DNA of 64,000 nucleotides from an uncultured Alphaproteobacteria bacterium (GTDB lineage Bacteria; Bacteroidota; Ignavibacteria; Palsa-1295): NCBI GenBank assembly GCA_964404255.1, contig CAYOJJ010000007.1, positions 11,659 to 75,658 of the forward strand, read 5' to 3'. Shown piece by piece: positions 58,243 to 64,000 of this stretch (position 1 is its first letter; each line of letters starts with the position of its first letter). The notes under the pieces were generated by a model. It saw only the letters and a program-made list of their open reading frames with translations, ran no database searches and was not told where the DNA came from. The position numbers and the translations under genes were made by a program.

Positions 58243-59361
58243 TTGAAGCGTACACCGTTTTACGATAAGCACGTTGCACTTGGGGGAAAAATGGTTGAAT
58301 TCGGCGGATTTGAAATGCCGGTTCAATATCCTACCGGCATTATTACCGAACATAAAGTTGTCCGTGAAGGCGGTGTCGGAGTATTCGACGTCTCTCACAT
58401 GGGCGAGTTCGATATTAGCGGCCCGGATTCCCTGGCTTTCCTGCAGCATATTACGGTAAACGATGTGAGTACCCTTGCTCCAGGAAAGGCCCAATATAGT
58501 GCATTGCCCCTACCTAATGGCGGTATCATAGACGACCTGATTATCTATATGCTTGAGCCGGATCATTATATGGCCGTGGTCAATGCTTCAACTACCGAAA
58601 AAGACTGGGCTCATTTTTCTGAGCAGGCTAAATCGTTTAATGTTACACTCCGTAACGATTCCGATAAGACAGCGCTTCTGGCGATCCAGGGAGCACATTC
58701 TATCGATACCTTGCAGAAATTAACAGAAGTCGATCTGCTCGCCATTCCTTACTATAATTATGTCCGTGGTACGCTCGCCGGGGTAGAGATGATCATTTCG
58801 CGTACCGGCTACACCGGTGAACTTGGAATTGAAATTTATTTCCCGGCTGATGCTCCTACTGCTTCGAAAGTATGGGATGCTATTTTCGAAGCGGGGAAGG
58901 AATTTGCTATAGCCCCAATCGGCCTCGGAGCCCGCGATACCTTGCGCCTGGAACAAGGATATTGTTTATACGGTAATGATATCGATGAGACGACTTCGCC
59001 GCTCGAAGCCGGGCTCGGTTGGATAACCAAACTCAATAAAGCGATTCCTTGCCTTGCCAGCGAAGTGCTCAAGGCTCAAAAAGAAGCCGGAGTGAAACGG
59101 AAACTGGTTGGATTTGTACTAAACGATAAAGGTGCTATCGGGCGTCACGGCCATCCGATCGTTTCGGCCGATGGTACGCAGATCGGCGTAGTAACGAGCG
59201 GAAATATTTCCCCGATGACTGGCAAAGCGATCGGGTTGGGATATGTTCCGAGTGAGCTTTCAAAAGAAGGAACGGAGATTCTAATAGAGGTTCGCGCAGG
59301 CAAACGGGCAACCGCTATCATAACTAAACCACCGTTTGTACCACCGCATACCAAGGGATGA
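58243..59361 (+). CDS. gcvT: Glycine cleavage system T protein (aminomethyltransferase); probable TTG start
   Basis: N-terminal KRTPFYDKH...GGFEMPVQY; GcvT length; the ORF is open from 58198. Confidence 0.85.
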   Translation: MKRTPFYDKHVALGGKMVEFGGFEMPVQYPTGIITEHKVVREGGVGVFDVSHMGEFDISGPDSLAFLQHITVNDVSTLAPGKAQYSALPLPNGGIIDDLIIYMLEPDHYMAVVNASTTEKDWAHFSEQAKSFNVTLRNDSDKTALLAIQGAHSIDTLQKLTEVDLLAIPYYNYVRGTLAGVEMIISRTGYTGELGIEIYFPADAPTASKVWDAIFEAGKEFAIAPIGLGARDTLRLEQGYCLYGNDIDETTSPLEAGLGWITKLNKAIPCLASEVLKAQKEAGVKRKLVGFVLNDKGAIGRHGHPIVSADGTQIGVVTSGNISPMTGKAIGLGYVPSELSKEGTEILIEVRAGKRATAIITKPPFVPPHTKG

Positions 59362-60140
59362 TGGGGCTTGAATTAAAAAATGTTACGATGCGCTTCGGCG
59401 GGCTGACGGCTGTCGGTGATCTGAGCGCAGCGGTCGAACCGACCGGGTTGGTTGGGCTCATCGGTCCGAATGGGGCGGGTAAGACCACCGTCTTTAATGT
59501 GATCACCGGAGTATATACTCCTACCGAAGGTGAAGTGCAATTTTTAGGTAAAAGCATTAAAGGAAAAAAGCCAAGCGAGATCACGCAGTGCGGAATATCG
59601 AGAACATTCCAGAATATCCGCCTCTTTAGAGGTATGTCGGTCTTCGATAATATCAGGGTTTCGTTCGCACCGAAAGTAAGTCACCGTACTCTTGGATCAC
59701 AACTGCGGTTGGGAAGTTTTTACTCTGAAGAAAAACAGATCTCCAAAAAGATAGATGAATTGCTGGAGTTTTTCCAGTTACGACAGGTACGAGACGAACT
59801 GGCAACCAGCCTTCCATACGGCGATCAGCGCCGCATCGAAATTATTAGGGCACTGGCCACTGAGCCAAAATTATTGCTGCTCGATGAGCCGGCCGCCGGT
59901 ATGAACCCGACGGAGAAAGTAAATCTTATGAAACTCATTCGTCAGATACGCGATGAGTTCAAGATCGCGGTGTTATTGATCGAGCATGATATGGGATTGG
60001 TAATGGGTGTATGCGAACGTATTATGGTACTCGATTACGGAGTGAAAATAGCGGAAGGCTCCCCTAAAGAAATTCGCAGCGATAAAAAAGTGATCGAGGC
60101 ATATCTCGGCGAAGTAGAGCAGGAGGCCGAGCATGCTTGA
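59358..60140 (+). CDS. livG: ABC transporter ATP-binding protein, LivG-like
   Basis: Walker A GPNGAGKTT; LivG-type insertion; ATGA overlap with gcvT. Confidence 0.7.
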   Translation: MMGLELKNVTMRFGGLTAVGDLSAAVEPTGLVGLIGPNGAGKTTVFNVITGVYTPTEGEVQFLGKSIKGKKPSEITQCGISRTFQNIRLFRGMSVFDNIRVSFAPKVSHRTLGSQLRLGSFYSEEKQISKKIDELLEFFQLRQVRDELATSLPYGDQRRIEIIRALATEPKLLLLDEPAAGMNPTEKVNLMKLIRQIRDEFKIAVLLIEHDMGLVMGVCERIMVLDYGVKIAEGSPKEIRSDKKVIEAYLGEVEQEAEHA

Positions 60141-60840
60141 GGTAAAAGACCTGTATGTTTCTTACGGACAGATCGCCGCGCTCAAGGGAGTTTCTATCAG
60201 TGTTGCAAAAGGAGAGATCGTTACTCTGATCGGTGCTAACGGCGCCGGAAAAACTACATTACTCCGTACTATTTCTGGGTTGCTCAAACCTAAATCCGGA
60301 AGTATTTCCATCGAGGGGAAAGAGCTCACCAAATTACCGCCGCACGAGATCGTCGGTATGGGCATCGCGCAATCTCCGGAAGGCCGCATGATCTTTGCCA
60401 ATCTGACGGTGATGGAAAATCTGAAGATGGGCGCCTATCTCAGAAAAGATCACGAAGGCATACACAGCGATCTTGATTATGTGTTTAGCATATTCCCTCG
60501 TTTAAAAGAGCGTTCTTCCCAGGCCGGTGGTACATTATCGGGCGGTGAACAGCAGATGCTTGCCATCGGGCGCGCATTACTTTCCAAACCTACCATTTTA
60601 TTACTGGATGAGCCTTCGCTTGGTATTGCTCCGATTCTTGTGCGCACTATTTTTGAAAAGATCGTCGAGATTAATCAAAACCTCGGAATGACCGTACTGC
60701 TTGTCGAGCAAAATGCGCACATGGCTCTTGGTATTGCTAAGCGCGGCTATGTTCTTGAAACCGGAAAGATCGTGCTCGAAGGTCCGGCCGATTCGTTGGC
60801 TGCCAATGAAGATGTAAAGAAAGCCTATCTGGGTCTTTGA
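60133..60840 (+). CDS. livF: ABC transporter ATP-binding protein, LivF-like
   Basis: Walker A GANGAGKTT; signature LSGGEQQMLAIGRAL; overlaps livG by 8 nt. Confidence 0.7.
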   Translation: MLEVKDLYVSYGQIAALKGVSISVAKGEIVTLIGANGAGKTTLLRTISGLLKPKSGSISIEGKELTKLPPHEIVGMGIAQSPEGRMIFANLTVMENLKMGAYLRKDHEGIHSDLDYVFSIFPRLKERSSQAGGTLSGGEQQMLAIGRALLSKPTILLLDEPSLGIAPILVRTIFEKIVEINQNLGMTVLLVEQNAHMALGIAKRGYVLETGKIVLEGPADSLAANEDVKKAYLGL

Positions 60841-61234
60841 TTGGTAAGCGGTATTTCCTGAGTATTAATTTTATCTTAAGGATGTTCCAATCGGAACTCT
60901 GAGTCGTTATCAATTGTAAAGTTATGTAGTACCGCCTGTTAGGTGAGGCTACTGAACGAACAAAGGCTGCTGCCCGGAAATGTCGAGAGACGCCAATGGG
61001 TAGAACAAGGGTTGCCGGATTAAGGCTTCACTTAATGCAGCTATCTCGTCGGAAGACGGAATACGTTGTTCAGTGCTAAAACTCTACAAGGGGCCGGAAC
61101 GAGAGCTATCTCCAGAGATCGCTTATATTTCCTTAAGCCTCTATAGCCTGTGAGGCTTTTCCCAGACGGTTACTTACTATCGAATCCTGCTTTTATAAAG
61201 CCGGTATTTCCTTATTCCTATCGGATTGTAAGCC
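60841..61234 (+). promoter_or_regulatory. 394-nt non-coding leader with multiple predicted stems upstream of the ABC permease; candidate cis-regulatory RNA or sRNA
   Basis: No ORF of 60 aa or more; long-range complementarity ctgaacgaacaa (60951-60962) with ttgttcag (61066-61073); internal hairpins ttaaggcttcacttaa and cgtcggaagacgg. Confidence 0.35.
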
Positions 61235-62986
61235 GTGAGTATTGTTCGTTCACTCATAGATTTTCCCCGTAAAGTCCGCATCGCCGATATTATCGTCATT
61301 GCGGCTCTTAGCGGACTTATCTATTGGCTGGCGATCATTTCACGTGAATGGAGCGGCAAAGCACAAGCCGTCGTAAAGATCCACACCGAATTAGGGTATC
61401 TTCCGCTCTACACTATTTATACTCTTACCCGCGGACTTGTAGCATATCTCATCTCCTTATCCTTTACCATTCTCTATGGCTACACCATGGCTCATTCCAA
61501 ACGAGCCGAAAGAGTGTTACTTCCACTGCTCGATATCTTACAGAGCATTCCGGTGTTGAGTTTTCTTCCGGCATTTTCGATCGCCTTGATCGGCTTGTTT
61601 CCCGGTTCGAATATCGGTCTTGAGCTGGTTGCTATTATGGCGATCTTTACCGGACAGGTATGGAATATGACCTATGCGTTTTACCGCTCGCTTCGCGGCA
61701 TTCCGAGCGATATGCGCGACGCGGCAGAAAGTTTTTATCTCAGTAAAAAAGAAATTCTCCTGAAGTTGGAGCTTCCGGCGAGTGCCATCCCGCTGATCTG
61801 GAATTCTATGATGTCCTTTGCCGGCGGATGGTTCTTTATCACTGTCTGCGAATCTTTTACGCTCGGTGATCGTGATTTCCGGCTCCCGGGCATAGGAAGC
61901 TATATGAGCGTTGCTATTACCGAAGGCAATACCAGTGCGATGATCGCCGCCGTTGTTGCTATGGGAGTAATGATCATACTGCTGGATCGAATACTATGGC
62001 GACCGCTTGTGATCTGGAGCAGGAAATTCCGAATGGAAGATACCGCCGAGGAATTCGAAGAGCGTTCGGTTGTTCTCGATATTTTGCAAGGCTCCAGGCT
62101 TGTAGAATGGATATTCGAAAAGCTTCGTGCTAAAGAAGAAGGCCAGGCGGCAGGTATAAAGGAAGAATTGCAGAAAAGAAAACTATCGACAGCCGGTTTA
62201 CTTTCGATAGTGACGGTCAAAGAACCTATTGTCAGAAAATCGCTCGGCTGGATATTTGCACTGGGGCTTACAGCGCTTCTTGTTTATGGTGTTGTCGGGG
62301 CGGTGATCAGTTTTGCAAAGAATCTTACCGTTAGTGAGTGGGCAGATATAGCGGTGGGCACCGGGGCGACCTTCCTGCGGGTGCTTGCATCGATCGGTTT
62401 TGCAGCAATATGGACCATTCCGATCGGAGCCATTATTGGAATGAATAAAACGCTTTCCAAGCGCTTACAGCCGCTTATTCAATTCATGGCTTCTTTTCCG
62501 GCTCCGATGATCTTCCCGCTTATACTTTTGGGATTGAACCGGTTTCATATCTCCATTGAGATCGGTGCTGTGCTGATGATGCTTCTTGGTACCCAGTGGT
62601 ATATGCTTTTTAATGTAATAGCAGGAGCGAGTACCATACCGAACGATCTGAAAGAACTTTCCGATAGCTATTCGCTGCCGAGAAATTTGAAGTGGAAAAA
62701 GATCATTCTGCCGGCATTGTTTCCTTCGATCATCACTGGAATGATCACAGCAGCCGGCGGCGCGTGGAATGCAAGCATCGTTGCCGAAAATTATGTCGTG
62801 CCGGGGAAAGAGCGTATGATGGCTACCGGTATCGGAGCGATGATCGGTTTTGCCAGCGAGAATGAAAATATCCCGATGCTTATTGCAAGCACGCTGGCCT
62901 TATGTCTGGTTGTTGTAAGTATAAATAAATTCATTTGGCGGCGGCTCTTTGCTATCGCCCAGGATCGGTACACCCTTAATAAGTAA
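61235..62986 (+). CDS. ABC transporter permease, fused tandem transmembrane domains (NitT/TauT-type); GTG start
   Basis: 583 aa; two binding-protein-dependent inner-membrane-component-like halves. Confidence 0.65.
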   Translation: MSIVRSLIDFPRKVRIADIIVIAALSGLIYWLAIISREWSGKAQAVVKIHTELGYLPLYTIYTLTRGLVAYLISLSFTILYGYTMAHSKRAERVLLPLLDILQSIPVLSFLPAFSIALIGLFPGSNIGLELVAIMAIFTGQVWNMTYAFYRSLRGIPSDMRDAAESFYLSKKEILLKLELPASAIPLIWNSMMSFAGGWFFITVCESFTLGDRDFRLPGIGSYMSVAITEGNTSAMIAAVVAMGVMIILLDRILWRPLVIWSRKFRMEDTAEEFEERSVVLDILQGSRLVEWIFEKLRAKEEGQAAGIKEELQKRKLSTAGLLSIVTVKEPIVRKSLGWIFALGLTALLVYGVVGAVISFAKNLTVSEWADIAVGTGATFLRVLASIGFAAIWTIPIGAIIGMNKTLSKRLQPLIQFMASFPAPMIFPLILLGLNRFHISIEIGAVLMMLLGTQWYMLFNVIAGASTIPNDLKELSDSYSLPRNLKWKKIILPALFPSIITGMITAAGGAWNASIVAENYVVPGKERMMATGIGAMIGFASENENIPMLIASTLALCLVVVSINKFIWRRLFAIAQDRYTLNK

Positions 62987-62995
62987 GGAGAAAAG

Positions 62996-64000
62996 ATGAA
63001 CGTCTCCGAAATGACAAAAACAGAGCCGGTGGTGACGCCGAAGACAGCGGGGAAAGAACTGATCGAACTTCGCGATATTTCGATGACCTTCGTTCAGCCG
63101 GGCGGTAAATCCTTACCTGTGCTCGAACATATTAATGTAACCGTTGCGGAGAATGAATTTTTATGCCTGCTTGGTCCCTCGGGTTGCGGCAAATCGACTA
63201 TTCTGCGGATCATGACCGGCTTGCTTAAGCCATCGATCGGCACGGCGACGGTGGAAGGCGAACCGTTGAAAGGATTTAATCCACTGACGTCGATGGTCTT
63301 TCAGTCGTTCGCGCTTTTACCATGGCTTACGGTAGAACAAAATGTTGCCTTAGGGTTGGAAGCCCTGAAAATGCCGCGCGCCGAGATTAAAGAGAAAGTG
63401 CGCCGCGCTATCGATAGTGTCGGCCTTGAAGGATTTGAAGAAGCCTATCCAAAGGAGCTCTCCGGTGGAATGAAGCAGCGTGTGGGCATAGCAAGAGGAT
63501 TGGTTGTAGAACCGCAGATCTTATGTATGGATGAGCCCTTCAGCGCTCTTGATGCTCTCACGGCTGAGAACTTGCGCGATGAAGTGCTGCATCTGTTTCA
63601 TTCTCATGATACGACGCTCAAGAGTGTGGTAATGGTAACCCATCTTATCGATGAAGCAGTGCAGATGGCCAGCCGAATTATTATTTTAGATGCTCATCCC
63701 GGCCGTATCAAAGCCGAGTTCGCGAATCCGCTTCCGTATCCTCGCAATCCTCATTCGCGCGAATTTCAGGAGCTTTCAGATCGCATTTACGCGCTTATTA
63801 CGAATACCGTTCTTCCATTCGTTGAAGAGCCGAAGACGCAGCAGCGTATTGAAATTATCCCCATCGTTAATATCGGCGAGCTTTCCGGGTTATTGCATAT
63901 CTTATCGGAATACCAGACGATCGATATTGGTGATCTTTCCGAGAATGTCGGTCATCCTTTCCATGAAACGCTGCAGATCGTTAAGGCCTGCGAATTATTG
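62996..64000 (+). CDS. ABC transporter ATP-binding protein (NitT/TauT/SsuB-like) with a C-terminal extension; 3' end outside the window
   Basis: Walker A GPSGCGKST; signature LSGGMKQRVGIARGL; Walker B LCMDEPFSALD. Confidence 0.8.
   Translation, partial: MNVSEMTKTEPVVTPKTAGKELIELRDISMTFVQPGGKSLPVLEHINVTVAENEFLCLLGPSGCGKSTILRIMTGLLKPSIGTATVEGEPLKGFNPLTSMVFQSFALLPWLTVEQNVALGLEALKMPRAEIKEKVRRAIDSVGLEGFEEAYPKELSGGMKQRVGIARGLVVEPQILCMDEPFSALDALTAENLRDEVLHLFHSHDTTLKSVVMVTHLIDEAVQMASRIIILDAHPGRIKAEFANPLPYPRNPHSREFQELSDRIYALITNTVLPFVEEPKTQQRIEIIPIVNIGELSGLLHILSEYQTIDIGDLSENVGHPFHETLQIVKACELL

Noticed and set aside
60841-61234. TPP, SAM or cobalamin riboswitch in the long leader
   Set aside because: No CUGAGA / ACCUGAUCUGGAUAAUGCCAGCG, SAM-I, or GCCACUG-type cores found by eye. 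Kept only as a generic structured-leader candidate.

Overview
This 64-kb window appears to come from a member of the FCB superphylum (Bacteroidota/Ignavibacteriota/Chlorobiota-like). Three things point that way: two secreted enzymes carry C-terminal type-IX-secretion sorting domains, genes lack Shine-Dalgarno sequences ('acaATG' starts), and the nuo operon has 11 subunits with no nuoEFG.

From left to right the window holds:
- The 3' end of a macro-domain gene (3-233).
- An ~8.4-kb accessory island (about 245-8670). It contains two large paralogous DUF4062 / P-loop STAND (NACHT/NB-ARC-like) / TPR genes on the minus strand. A small, domain-less plus-strand ORF converges on and abuts each STAND gene; there are three small ORFs in total, and all share a conserved 5' leader. 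The STAND genes share ~1.6 kb of ~90%-identical 5' sequence and have divergent 3' TPR sensor regions. Each has an imperfect palindromic element just upstream. This is the best candidate in the window for a previously undescribed (defence-like) system.
- A type-IX-secreted multicopper oxidase, a BNR/Asp-box repeat protein, an exported protein, a YeiH-family transporter, and a secreted glycine-rich fibrous protein.
- A complete nuoABCDHIJKLMN operon (about 18061-32550) interrupted by a secreted hypothetical protein and a type-IX-secreted subtilisin-like S8 peptidase, and followed by a rhodanese.
- mlaFE-like ABC genes, tRNA-Phe, a family-5 solute-binding protein, and lysC.
- A lipoprotein, a DUF1446/DUF4387 (AtuA-like) pair, an arsC plus MIP-channel pair, and a PfkB-family kinase.
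- A response regulator / exported protein / histidine kinase operon.
- A 9.6-kb cluster of four minus-strand genes for secreted, glycine-rich repetitive (probably beta-solenoid / tail-fibre-like) proteins. One is 1599 aa; another contains near-perfect 171-bp tandem repeats.
- A GAF-PP2C phosphatase, tRNA-Gly, gcvT, and livG/livF-like ATPases.
- A 394-nt structured leader preceding a fused double-domain ABC permease and its ATPase, which runs off the window end.

No CRISPR arrays, rRNA genes, transposases or integrases were found.
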